A stretch of DNA of 64,000 nucleotides, taken from NCBI GenBank assembly GCA_049700435.1, contig JBNAVK010000001.1, forward strand, positions 1,583-65,582, in the 5' to 3' direction. This DNA comes from Candidatus Bathyarchaeales archaeon (GTDB lineage: Archaea; Thermoproteota; Bathyarchaeia; Bathyarchaeales; Bathycorpusculaceae). Position 1 is the first letter of the stretch, and every line of letters begins with the position of its first letter. The notes beneath the pieces were generated by a model that was not told the origin of the DNA, did not search any database, and was given only the letters and a program-made list of their open reading frames with translations. The translations under genes and the position numbers were made by a program. This document shows positions 19,538 through 28,822 of the stretch, piece after piece.

Positions 19538-20978
19538 CTCTTAGGCATCTGCCAACCAAATCATTGACGGTCTCTATGAACTCGTTAACTTTTTCTATTG
19601 GAACTTGTGCTCCCGCAGCTACATCATGTCCTCCGCCGTTTCCTCCGCATCTTTCCGCTGCAACTCTCATAATTTCTCCCAGGTTTACTCCGCTGCTGGT
19701 TACGGTGTCTATGGCTCTTGCAGAGATTTTCGCTAAATTTTCTTCCTCAACGTTTGCACATGCAATTAAGGGTTTCTCCGGGTTTGGAAGACTCGTCAAT
19801 AATATGGATGATACTGCTCCTATTATCTTGTCGTCTATGAAGTTCTCGCCGTAAACCACATGTATGTTCTTCAGTTCCTTCATTCTTTCGGGTTTTTCCA
19901 TAACCCATCCAAGATACCTATTTATTGTTCCTCTGTACTCCTCCAAAACTTTGTCTGCTTCCTCGAGAACTGAACCTCTGTCGCCCATGCAGATGGCAAC
20001 GCCTAAACTTGGCTTGTCCATACGTCCAGTTGCATTCAGTAAAACCGCAAATTCTCTGGCGTCCCTAAGAGGAGTCCAAGGTTCTTCTCGCGTTAAAATG
20101 TAAACATGCCCAATGAGATTTGTAACTTCATAATGTAAACCCTTCGACAACAAATATTCGGCAAGAGCTGAGCATAACCTCTTCTTTTCTTCGTCGGAGA
20201 GGTCTCTTAACGCTCGCCATTTCTCCCCATACTTTGGCTTTATATCTAAGCTTACTAGAAAAGCTAAGCTTTTGTCTTCTTCACCACTTATGCCTGGAAT
20301 AAAGGGGTTTGTTGTGGAAGCCAAAATTTTGTGAATTGGGCGCGTTTCTCTACCAAAAAATATCAAATCTTTCTCGATTGTTAGCAAACCAGCATTTAAC
20401 GCGTCTTCAACTATTCTCTCGTTTAATCCGCTAAGCTTACGCTGGTCATACTTGTCCTGCATATCCCCCAATGCGCCAACAACAGCCATAGGCGCCAAGT
20501 CAACATTAACCTTATCCAGAGCCTTAGCCACAAAATAAGCAACACCAGAACCACTTAAGTCCCGCGCTCCATCCACCCCATGCAAATGAGGGTTTACATG
20601 CACAAAACTCGCTGATTCTTTACCTATGATTTGATGATGGTCTAAAATTACGATTTTGAAGTCTGCAACTTTCTCGGTTAACATGTCAAGGTAGCCGCTT
20701 CCAAAATCCGATAAAATCACAAGGCTGGGTTTTTCTGAAATTATTTCCCCTACAATCTTTTCGTCAATCCACTGGGTTATCCTTATCCGAAATTTCGCGT
20801 CAAGCCTTGACAATGCCTTTCCAATAATCCCAGCTGCCGCAATTCCATCAGCGTCCAAATGTGAAAAAACGTGAATTGCCCCATCTTCTTTAACAGTTTC
20901 CAAAATGATCCTTGCTGCATTTTCAGCAGCACCTATAAAGCCTCTAATCTGGTTTTCATCTAGAGCCATCGCGACCAC
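19518..20978 (-). CDS. DHH/DHHA1 RecJ-like nuclease (archaeal GAN/Cdc45-RecJ family)
   Basis: DHH motifs I-IV are intact: HLDADGIAAAG, ILSDFG, ILDHHQ and GGGHDVAAG. Confidence 0.8.
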   Translation of the reverse strand: MVAMALDENQIRGFIGAAENAARIILETVKEDGAIHVFSHLDADGIAAAGIIGKALSRLDAKFRIRITQWIDEKIVGEIISEKPSLVILSDFGSGYLDMLTEKVADFKIVILDHHQIIGKESASFVHVNPHLHGVDGARDLSGSGVAYFVAKALDKVNVDLAPMAVVGALGDMQDKYDQRKLSGLNERIVEDALNAGLLTIEKDLIFFGRETRPIHKILASTTNPFIPGISGEEDKSLAFLVSLDIKPKYGEKWRALRDLSDEEKKRLCSALAEYLLSKGLHYEVTNLIGHVYILTREEPWTPLRDAREFAVLLNATGRMDKPSLGVAICMGDRGSVLEEADKVLEEYRGTINRYLGWVMEKPERMKELKNIHVVYGENFIDDKIIGAVSSILLTSLPNPEKPLIACANVEEENLAKISARAIDTVTSSGVNLGEIMRVAAERCGGNGGGHDVAAGAQVPIEKVNEFIETVNDLVGRCLRGEKIGS

Positions 20979-21040
20979 ATTAAGGCTTAGAAAGTGAAGT
21001 TATTTAAAGCATTTTAAAACAGTTCTCTAAACAAAATAGG

Positions 21041-21481
21041 TTAGGCTAATGAAGCTATTTTCGGCTCGTATTTCCAGTTCGGAGGCAACACGCCCTCGCG
21101 CTTATAATACCTGGAGAGTTTATGGATTTTTGCTTCTATAAGCTGAAGTGCCCTTTTGTTATGCAAGTCCTTTTTATTCCTCTCAAGGTGCACAGCTAGC
21201 CTTTCAGCCTTTTTAAGTAGTTCCCCGAGGTCTTCAGGAATTGGAGGCGCAAGCCCCGCTTCTGTTAGTATCTGCGTAATTGTTTTCCCAGTAATGGGTT
21301 TAACAAGCGGAATTGCATATTGATCCCTAAGAATAGTCCCTATATGGCTTGGAGGATTACCTTCCTTCGCCAGTTTAACTACTAAGGCTTCAACCTCTTC
21401 AGGCTGATATTTACACCAGCTTGGAGGTCTTCTGCTAACAGGCCTTATTGGATGAGATTTTCCCTTTTCCTGTTTGGGCAT
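21041..21481 (-). CDS. rps15: 30S ribosomal protein S15 (uS15/S13e)
   Basis: 146 aa, collinear with archaeal S15P including the HLERNKKD and RYYKREG motifs. Confidence 0.95.
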   Translation of the reverse strand: MPKQEKGKSHPIRPVSRRPPSWCKYQPEEVEALVVKLAKEGNPPSHIGTILRDQYAIPLVKPITGKTITQILTEAGLAPPIPEDLGELLKKAERLAVHLERNKKDLHNKRALQLIEAKIHKLSRYYKREGVLPPNWKYEPKIASLA

Positions 21482-21661
21482 GTTCTGGCACCTTAACTCT
21501 GTATGAGCGAAGATAGACGGATATTTAAAACCTTCGATGTTAAAAATTTCATGTTAATTTCCGCAATGTTTCAATCTTGTGAACATGAGGGGCTTGTTCT
21601 TCCATAGGCTTTACTTATTTATTCAAAGTTAAAGGTATATATTGTTGTTCTAGGTTTTAAT

Positions 21662-22765
21662 CTAAGCCTTTCTTATGTAGAGTTTGCGGTTAGTTAGATA
21701 GATCCCCAGCATTGCTAATGCTGTTGAACAGCAAATAGTGATCGCTATTGTTGTTAGTGGCGTATTAGCGGGTTTCGACTGCCATATCACTCTAACAACT
21801 TTTTCTGAGCCAGAGGTTATAACAGCCGGAAAGCTTTCAGTTCCGTTTAGAGGCCTGTTCTCCATGGTTACAGTTGATGTCCAAGCCTCGTAACGCATTC
21901 TAATCGTGGCGTTTCCGATATTAACTATTTGGAAAGTGTAGTTTCCAAACACTTCCACCGGTATATGATATTCATGTGTAAGTTCAGAACCGCTTGAAAA
22001 ACCCATTGTGAAGGGTCTAACGATTTCAGTTTTGTAGGGAGGAGCCTCATAGGGGTTAGTAGCATCTTTAACTGGTGCTCCTTCTGGGCCGCTCACTGTG
22101 AAATACGCAATACCATGAGTGTCAGTTGTTATGATAAAGCGGAAACCCAAGAAATCTACGCGATAATAAGCATCTGTTATTGTGGGTAGGGAGGCGTAGA
22201 ATGTGCCGTAGTCCCTACAAGCGTAGGAAACGTTTTGGGGGTTAAGCTCCGAGAAAACCATAGCCGTAAAATTGAAGGATTGCCCTGGCATTATTTCTTC
22301 AAAAATTGATGTGCTCATCCATAGGCTAGCGTCTTCTCGTAAGGGACTTCCTTTAACAACATCATAGGAGTACTGACCCTGTGCGGCGACAAAATTCCAC
22401 AGATAGAGGCTGCTTACTAGAGAAGTTATTGCAAGCAAAACAATTATGCTGTTTAGAATAACTCTTTTCCTAAAGCCATTAACATGAACGCCGCTTTCGC
22501 CTGATTTCGCTTCTCTCTCAACTGTTTGCACAACGAATAAGGCATCCTTTCCATGCTCAGAAAGGCAATATTTCCCATACTCATCAGTTTTAATTAAATA
22601 GCCTAGTTTACTTAAATGATGCTGCAAATGCCCACTACTTTCTATTCTCATTTTCCTTTTCAAATCTGCAAAGGTTAAATTTTCTTCCTGCAAAGCCTTC
22701 AGTATACTAATGCGTGTGGGGTGTGCCAACGCATCAAAAATTTCAGCATAATTTTTATCTGACAT
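21662..22765 (-). CDS. Membrane-anchored ArsR-family winged-helix protein with a large extracytoplasmic domain
   Basis: N-terminal FDALAHPTRISILKAL...ADLKRKM...GHLQHHLSKL (ArsR HTH). First TM VILNSIIVLLAITSLVSSLYLW, then a ~210-aa beta-rich domain and a C-terminal TM LTTIAITICCSTALAMLGIYL. Confidence 0.6.
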   Translation of the reverse strand: MSDKNYAEIFDALAHPTRISILKALQEENLTFADLKRKMRIESSGHLQHHLSKLGYLIKTDEYGKYCLSEHGKDALFVVQTVEREAKSGESGVHVNGFRKRVILNSIIVLLAITSLVSSLYLWNFVAAQGQYSYDVVKGSPLREDASLWMSTSIFEEIMPGQSFNFTAMVFSELNPQNVSYACRDYGTFYASLPTITDAYYRVDFLGFRFIITTDTHGIAYFTVSGPEGAPVKDATNPYEAPPYKTEIVRPFTMGFSSGSELTHEYHIPVEVFGNYTFQIVNIGNATIRMRYEAWTSTVTMENRPLNGTESFPAVITSGSEKVVRVIWQSKPANTPLTTIAITICCSTALAMLGIYLTNRKLYIRKA

Positions 22766-23051
22766 AACATGCGCCCTTAATGATACTCGGTAGCAACAGG
22801 CTATTTAATTCCTTACTTCTAGACCAACAACAAAATTAAATGGTTAACTCTTGTACCATTCCGCAAAATTCCTTGAGGCCTTTGCACTATGTTAAAACAC
22901 ATCCTTTTCTGCTACACCCATTTCCGATAAGTTTACTTTCAATTAATATGTTGTGTTTGTTAGAATGGGGCTGTCTGGCGTGTGTAGGAGGAGAGAGAAA
23001 GGTTATTATCATTGTCCTAGTTTAGCAAAATGCTCTATATGAGGTGGATCA

Positions 23052-24008
23052 ATGCCAGCAACGGAAGTGCTTCCCGGGCTTTTCGTGATCGAGGTTCCGC
23101 TGCCGGGGAATCCGCTTAAAACGCTTAATTCTTACATTATTAAGGCTGAGAAATCGCTAGTAATTGACACAGGATTTAACATGGAGGTATGCTACACTGA
23201 GTTTATAAAGGCTCTGAATGAAATTGGAGTTGATTTTAAACGTGCGGAATACTTTATAACGCATCTCCACGCGGATCATCTAGGCCTCGCGGGTAGACTA
23301 ACAAACCGTGTGTACATGAGCGATGTTGACATTGAAATTAGGCAGAAGTTTGCTGGTTTTAAGCCTGACGTTTTAAGATTTTTTAAAATGAACGGTCTTC
23401 CACAAGAAGATATAGAAGGAATTACGAGACTTCACCCGGCTGTTAGGTATTCAAGCAGCATTGACTTTCAACCAGTTAGGGACGGAGAGATCTTTGAGTA
23501 CGGAGATTATGCTTTGAAAGCAATATTAACTCCTGGGCATACACCTGGTCACATGTGCCTTTACGACGAGGAAAGAAAAATCTTATTCTCGGGAGACCAC
23601 ATTTTATTTGACATAACACCTAATATTTCCTATTGGGAAGGACACGATTCGTTAAGAGAATACCTTAACAGTCTTGATAAAATCTACAAACTCGATGTAG
23701 ATCGAACATTTCCTGGACATAGAGGATTTCGCGGGGAAGTTAAGAAGAGGATATTGGAACTTAAGGAGCATCACAGGAAAAGGCTTGAGGAAGTGATTGA
23801 CGCTTTAAAAGGTGGAGCTAGAAATGCATGGCAAATTTCACCGTACATAACTTGGGATATAACTTATAGCAGTTGGAGTGAAGTGCCGACGGTGCAAAAA
23901 TGGTTTATCATTAACGAAACCATCGCGCACCTCATTTATCTAGAAAATAACGGAATCATAGCCACGGAGATTAAAAACGGAAACGTCTACTACAAACTTG
24001 TTAAATAG
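23052..24008 (+). CDS. MBL-fold metallo-hydrolase
   Basis: THLHADHLG (HxHxDH) and TPGHTPGH motifs. Confidence 0.85.
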   Translation: MPATEVLPGLFVIEVPLPGNPLKTLNSYIIKAEKSLVIDTGFNMEVCYTEFIKALNEIGVDFKRAEYFITHLHADHLGLAGRLTNRVYMSDVDIEIRQKFAGFKPDVLRFFKMNGLPQEDIEGITRLHPAVRYSSSIDFQPVRDGEIFEYGDYALKAILTPGHTPGHMCLYDEERKILFSGDHILFDITPNISYWEGHDSLREYLNSLDKIYKLDVDRTFPGHRGFRGEVKKRILELKEHHRKRLEEVIDALKGGARNAWQISPYITWDITYSSWSEVPTVQKWFIINETIAHLIYLENNGIIATEIKNGNVYYKLVK

Positions 24009-24100
24009 AATTTAATGCCTACACAAAAACATGCTGACTTTCAGCTTAGCCAGACATTGCAAGCGCAAGCGAAGGTCAGCCTCGCGTGTGCATTACATTT

Positions 24101-24682
24101 TTAATATTTCCGATACCATTCAGCGAAATTCTGCAACGCCTTAGCTCTGTGAGAATGTTTGTTTTTTTCTGTTATATCCATTTCAGAGAATGTTTTTTCG
24201 CTGTTTTCCGGCTTAAATATAGGGTCGAAGCCAAAGCCAGAACCTCCCTTCCGTATCTCTGTTGTAATCTCTCCAATAACCTCACCCTTAAAACATAAAG
24301 GTGATTTTAATTCGGCAGAAAGATAGGCTATGACAGACTGAAACTTCGCTTTTCTATTCTTGACATTTTCCATAAGTTTAAGCAAGCCCTCATTACCTAT
24401 CGTCTTATGCACGAAAGAGGCATAGGGTCCTGGAAACCCGTTTAAGGCTTCTATAAAAAGCCCCGCGTCCTCTACTATTATGGGAAGATGACATTTTTCG
24501 AAGGCTTGTTGCACGCTTGTTTTGGCTATTTCTTCTGGGTTGTCGCTTTGAATTTCGACAGCCTTAACTCTCAGCATGCCAACGGCTATGTTGTATTCAG
24601 CTAATAGCTTACGAGCCTCGTTGAACTTGTTGATGTTGTTTGTCGCAAAGAATATTACTCTACCTCTTAGGTGAAAGCCCAT
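24101..24682 (-). CDS. Non-canonical purine NTP pyrophosphatase (ITPase, HAM1/RdgB family)
   Basis: FATNNINKFNEA, EDAGLFIEALNGFPGPYA and GFGFDPIF motifs. Confidence 0.9.
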   Translation of the reverse strand: MGFHLRGRVIFFATNNINKFNEARKLLAEYNIAVGMLRVKAVEIQSDNPEEIAKTSVQQAFEKCHLPIIVEDAGLFIEALNGFPGPYASFVHKTIGNEGLLKLMENVKNRKAKFQSVIAYLSAELKSPLCFKGEVIGEITTEIRKGGSGFGFDPIFKPENSEKTFSEMDITEKNKHSHRAKALQNFAEWYRKY

Positions 24683-24727
24683 CTTATCTCACGTCTTCCT
24701 CATGCTTTTGCGAAGCACTCATAATCA

Positions 24728-25381
24728 TTATTTTCCTTTCCTCTCGGCGACGTAGCGTCCTCTCCTCTCTATTTCTCTGATTTTGTCTAAAACATTTTTT
24801 GCCGCTTCAGCCCCCAAAACTTTGGAATAGCCTTTAACCACGGCTTTAAAGCATTCTTCGGCAAATCTGAAGTGCGCGCTTTGTAAGGCTCTCTTCATGA
24901 GGTGCAAGTCAACTCCCATGGCTTCCAGTTCCCTTGTTTTTTCTCCAAGACCGAAGTCTACAAAGAAAATTTTTCCTTTGGGGGAGAGAATCATATTTGA
25001 TGTTGTAAGGTCTCCGTGAATTATCCCATTCTTGTGAAGCCCACCTATTAACCCGCCAATTTTGAGACATAAGCTTTGCCTCTCTTCTGCGGAGACATCA
25101 CCCAACAACTGCTTTATTTGCCTTCCTTCTATGAACTCCATCACTATTGTGGCTTCCTTTGCATCGACGAGGAAAATTGTTGGTGTTGAAACCCCCGCCT
25201 TCTTTGCCTCATGCATTAGTTGCGGTTCGTGAACTGTCCGGTAATTTCGAATTTGCTCGTCTAAGGCTGAAGGACGGTAGTTTTTAGGTAAACGCTTCTT
25301 TAATATCGCCTTTCTACCGTGCCACTCCGCAAGGTAGAGGCTGGCTTCAGCTCCCTTTTTAATTAACTGCATTTTATCCAC
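24728..25381 (-). CDS. bud32: KEOPS kinase/ATPase Bud32
   Basis: 217-aa small RIO-like kinase with GAEASLY, HGDLTTSNMI and FVDFGL motifs. Overlaps kae1 by 19 nt. Confidence 0.85.
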   Translation of the reverse strand: MDKMQLIKKGAEASLYLAEWHGRKAILKKRLPKNYRPSALDEQIRNYRTVHEPQLMHEAKKAGVSTPTIFLVDAKEATIVMEFIEGRQIKQLLGDVSAEERQSLCLKIGGLIGGLHKNGIIHGDLTTSNMILSPKGKIFFVDFGLGEKTRELEAMGVDLHLMKRALQSAHFRFAEECFKAVVKGYSKVLGAEAAKNVLDKIREIERRGRYVAERKGK

Positions 25382-26457
25382 GGAACCTCAACCTCGTCGA
25401 GACGCCACCGAAGCCTAACAAAGCTTTCCTCAATAGGCGTGACCAAACCATAAGTGTACGCGAGGATTCCGGTCCAAGCTATCATGGCGCCGTTGTCAAT
25501 TGCGAACTCGCTGGGAACAACATGAAAATCAGCGTTATGCTCTTCTGCAATCGCCTTAACCATCGACTGCAATCTTTTGTTGGCGGCAACTCCCCCAGTT
25601 AACAAAACCTCCTTTTTCTCTGTATGTGCTAAGGCTCTTTCAGTAACCTCAGTAACCATGGAAAAAGCTGTTTCCTGAAGACTATAGCATAAGTCTTCAA
25701 GTCTGTATTCTTCTTTCTTCAGCAAATTTATTGCAGCTGTCAGCAAGCCGCTTAGGGACACGTCCATTCCCTTAACAGTGTAAGGTAAAGGAATAAGTCG
25801 TTCTCCTTTTGCGGCAAGCTTTTCAACCACAGCGCCGAGAGGCATGCCCGTCTTTCGGCTTAGTCCAGCCTCCCTCGCAAAAACATCCAAGCAGTTCCCT
25901 AAAGCTATGTCTAGAGTTTCTCCGAAAACTCTGTAGCGTCCAGAGTCAAAAGCCGAAACTATGGTGTTTCCTCCAGAAACATAAAGGGTTATAGGGTCCG
26001 CAGCGCCAGTTTTGAGTTTCCCTATCTCTATATGCGCGACGCAGTGGTTAACTCCAACTAATGGAACTTTAAGGTAGGAAGCCATCGCCCGCGCGACCGT
26101 CGCCCCTGTACGTAGACACGGACCGAGACCTGGACCTTGTGAAAAGGCTATGGCTTTTAGGTCTTTTGGTTTTATCTTAGCTTTTTTGAAGGCTTCTTCC
26201 AAAACTTTGCTTGCAGCTTCGGCGTGGTGTCTTGCGGCTTCTCTTGGGTGGATTCCTCCTGAAGGAGGCGTATAAGCGCTTATTATGTTTGCTAATATTC
26301 CACCGTTCGCTGTTGCAATTCCAACGCTGAAGTCGTCCGCTGTGCTTTCAATCCCTAAACAGTAGAATTCGCTCGCCTTTTCTTTCTTCATTCCTAGCTC
26401 CTTCAATATTCTCTCTTCAAGTTTTGAAGCATACATCTTTTTATCTAAAAATGGCAT
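25363..26457 (-). CDS. kae1: tRNA N6-adenosine threonylcarbamoyltransferase Kae1
   Basis: LGIESTADD, GVNHCVAHIE, SGGNT and DNGAMIA motifs of the Kae1/TsaD family. Confidence 0.95.
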   Translation of the reverse strand: MPFLDKKMYASKLEERILKELGMKKEKASEFYCLGIESTADDFSVGIATANGGILANIISAYTPPSGGIHPREAARHHAEAASKVLEEAFKKAKIKPKDLKAIAFSQGPGLGPCLRTGATVARAMASYLKVPLVGVNHCVAHIEIGKLKTGAADPITLYVSGGNTIVSAFDSGRYRVFGETLDIALGNCLDVFAREAGLSRKTGMPLGAVVEKLAAKGERLIPLPYTVKGMDVSLSGLLTAAINLLKKEEYRLEDLCYSLQETAFSMVTEVTERALAHTEKKEVLLTGGVAANKRLQSMVKAIAEEHNADFHVVPSEFAIDNGAMIAWTGILAYTYGLVTPIEESFVRLRWRLDEVEVPWIKCS

Positions 26458-26489
26458 ATATTAACTTAGAAGACTTGGATTGATGGAAA

Positions 26490-26867
26490 ATGCCAAAGCG
26501 CAATGATTTAGAACAAAAAGCTCTTCAGATAATAATGAACATGGGATTTGAGGGTCTGTTACAGTCAGAGCTGTGGCGTAAACTTGGCGCAAGCAGTAGG
26601 GAGGGCTCTAGAATAGCCCTAAAACTTGAAGATAAAGGACTTATCCGCAGAGAAAGGGAGCTCCGCAATGGAAGATGGACTTATAGGCTCTATCCAAAGA
26701 GAGTCCCAGCGTCAATAGACTCCATAGTCGGTTGTCCATGCCTATTATGCCCAGACAACCCGCGATGCGATCCATCAAGCGCAATTTCACCGCAGATCTG
26801 CGAAAAACTTACAGAATGGCTTCTTGCAATGGCGGGAGAAGAGACCGGTGCACTGGGTGATAGTTAG
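26490..26867 (+). CDS. Winged-helix protein with a C-terminal Cys cluster; possible TFE-beta / RPC34-like factor
   Basis: The WH-like segment LLQSELWRKLGASSREGSRIALKLEDKGLIRRE...WTYRLY is followed by CPCLLCPDNPRC-x10-C. Confidence 0.45.
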   Translation: MPKRNDLEQKALQIIMNMGFEGLLQSELWRKLGASSREGSRIALKLEDKGLIRRERELRNGRWTYRLYPKRVPASIDSIVGCPCLLCPDNPRCDPSSAISPQICEKLTEWLLAMAGEETGALGDS

Positions 26868-26869
26868 TT

Positions 26870-27493
26870 TTGCCAAAAGCATGGCTTCAAGACAGAAAAA
26901 GAGATTACTATTATAAGAAGGCTAAAGAAGAAAAATACCGTTCTAGGGCAGCATACAAACTGCTCCAAGCCGTAGAAAAATATCGTTTCATGAAAGAAGG
27001 AGACACTGTTGTTGATTTGGGAGCTGCCCCTGGAGGATGGATTCAAGCAGCAAGGAAAATTGTTGGGGAAAAAGGTTTTGTTCTCGGAGTCGACTTAAAG
27101 CCAATAAAACCTTTCGAAGATAGCAACATTCGAACAATAATTGGTGACATAAACGAGCCAGAAACACGGCAGCAAATCCTTGAGAACCTTCCTAGAAAGG
27201 CTGACGTTGTAATTTCTGACGCTTCGCCGAATATTTCTGGGATATGGGAAGTTGACCATGCCCGTCAAATAGATTTGGCGCACCAAGCATTAAAAATAGC
27301 TTTAGAGACGCTTAATCCTCATGGAAATTTTTTTGTAAAAGTTTTTGAAGGCGACTTACTTCATGACTTTATTCAAAAAATGAAAAGGCATTTTGAAGTT
27401 GTTAAAATTATAAAGCCCAAGGCAAGTCGAGCCAAAAGCTCAGAATTGTTCATTTTGGGGATTCACGCGAAAATTGAAAAGCAACAAAGCTAA
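26870..27493 (+). CDS. rlmE: 23S rRNA (uridine-2'-O)-methyltransferase RlmE/FtsJ
   Basis: YRSRAAYKL, DLGAAPGGW, VISDASPN and KVFEG...K motifs. TTG start. Confidence 0.9.
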   Translation: MPKAWLQDRKRDYYYKKAKEEKYRSRAAYKLLQAVEKYRFMKEGDTVVDLGAAPGGWIQAARKIVGEKGFVLGVDLKPIKPFEDSNIRTIIGDINEPETRQQILENLPRKADVVISDASPNISGIWEVDHARQIDLAHQALKIALETLNPHGNFFVKVFEGDLLHDFIQKMKRHFEVVKIIKPKASRAKSSELFILGIHAKIEKQQS

Positions 27494-27528
27494 ATTCTGA
27501 TTGGTCTATATATAGTCGAGGCGAAAAT

Positions 27529-28236
27529 TTGAGGATTGTTGCTGCAGATTCTTCAGCAGCCATATTGAATGAAAAGTTCGAGCCCTTATCAATTGTTGCC
27601 ACGGCATCCGTTCTTGTAAATCCCCCATACAGAGAACCAAGCATGTGTTTGGCTAAACCTGTTTTTGCGAATGCACAAAATGGACACGAAGTTATAGTGC
27701 ACGAAGCGGAACTTTGTAGGGATTTGCTTGAAAAAGTTAAGGCGGATGTTGTGCACCTTGACATGTCGTTGGGCAGTATCTCACTAGAGGAACTTTCTCC
27801 AATCCAATTTTCCACGATGAAAATATCCAATAAGGCAAAGCAGCACCTACTAAAAATTTTGCCTCGGCTTAGAAAAATCAGTGGCGAAATCAGGCAAAAA
27901 TATGGAGTTGAAGTTTTAGCAATAGGGAAAGAAAGCATTCCTGTGAGGATAGCGGAGCTAACATCTGGGGCTCACGCAATATTGTACGCCTGCGAAAAAG
28001 CTGTCGATGAGAATAAAGAAGTTTTGCTTGGGCTTCCATCCAAATGTCAGCCAATGGTGGTTGAGAAAAGAATCTATCTTCAGTCCCTTATGGCTGCAGA
28101 ACATGATATTAAGGGATACGCAGAAGATTCTGAAGGAGTTTTGGAAAAGGTTAATATTACGGAAATGTTAAACCCGATTGCAAGAGGTTTCAGAGCATTA
28201 AAAATAACATCCGTTACAAAGGAGCAGGGCGAATAA
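27529..28236 (+). CDS. Conserved-looking hypothetical protein (family not recognised; possible RNase H-like first strand)
   Basis: 235-aa ORF beginning MRIVAADSSAA, with a later VVHLDMSLG segment. Its stop is 2 nt before the next gene. Confidence 0.45.
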   Translation: MRIVAADSSAAILNEKFEPLSIVATASVLVNPPYREPSMCLAKPVFANAQNGHEVIVHEAELCRDLLEKVKADVVHLDMSLGSISLEELSPIQFSTMKISNKAKQHLLKILPRLRKISGEIRQKYGVEVLAIGKESIPVRIAELTSGAHAILYACEKAVDENKEVLLGLPSKCQPMVVEKRIYLQSLMAAEHDIKGYAEDSEGVLEKVNITEMLNPIARGFRALKITSVTKEQGE

Positions 28237-28238
28237 AC

Positions 28239-28775
28239 ATGAGTTTAGGTTTCTGGAAAGAAGCCTCACCACGCAACAAAAGAATCATATCAATAATCAC
28301 AGTGTTCGCTGCTTCCCTTATCATAACCACTGCAGGGGTACTAACACCAGTCGAAGAGCACGAAGCTATAGAAACAAGCAACGACCTTGAGCAAACAATT
28401 AATTGGCTGAAAGAAAAAAACTTATTATTATATTTCATTTTCGGAAACAACTTCATGATCACCCTCATAATGTTCATTCCAATCATCGGCCCCCTTTTTG
28501 GTGGCTATGTATTTTATAATACTGGAGTGGTAATTTCGGCTCTCGCGACAGCGCAAAATGCTCCCCCAACCTTAGTCTTTTTTCTTCTATTTTTGACACC
28601 GGTTGCATGGTTAGAATTCTTGGCTTATTCAACCGCTATTGCCGAGAGTATATGGCTGGTTAGGCGCATATTGCAGCGGAGAGGGAAAAATGAGCTTATA
28701 AATGCCAGCTTATTCATTTCAATTTGTGCATTGCTGCTTGCTGTGGCCGCAGTTATAGAAACTGTGATGATATAG
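28239..28775 (+). CDS. SpoIIM-like (DUF95) integral membrane protein
   Basis: 178 aa with ~4 TM segments. FIFGNNFMITLIMFIPIIGPLFG is typical of the SpoIIM/DUF95 family. Confidence 0.6.
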   Translation: MSLGFWKEASPRNKRIISIITVFAASLIITTAGVLTPVEEHEAIETSNDLEQTINWLKEKNLLLYFIFGNNFMITLIMFIPIIGPLFGGYVFYNTGVVISALATAQNAPPTLVFFLLFLTPVAWLEFLAYSTAIAESIWLVRRILQRRGKNELINASLFISICALLLAVAAVIETVMI

Positions 28776-28822
28776 CAACCATTAAAGTCTATTCAACGGT
28801 GAATCTACTTGTTTATTGGCTC

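Noticed and set aside
22840-23025. 61-aa ORF in the 286-nt AT-rich spacer before the MBL hydrolase gene
   Set aside because: No SD site, odd composition and no recognisable motif. The region more likely holds promoter or UTR sequence.
24728-26457. Kae1 and Bud32 as a frameshifted (pseudogenised) Kae1-Bud32 fusion
   Set aside because: Both ORFs are full length, with their own start codon and intact motifs. Separate, overlapping kae1/bud32 genes are a normal archaeal arrangement, and the 19-nt overlap is compatible with translational coupling.
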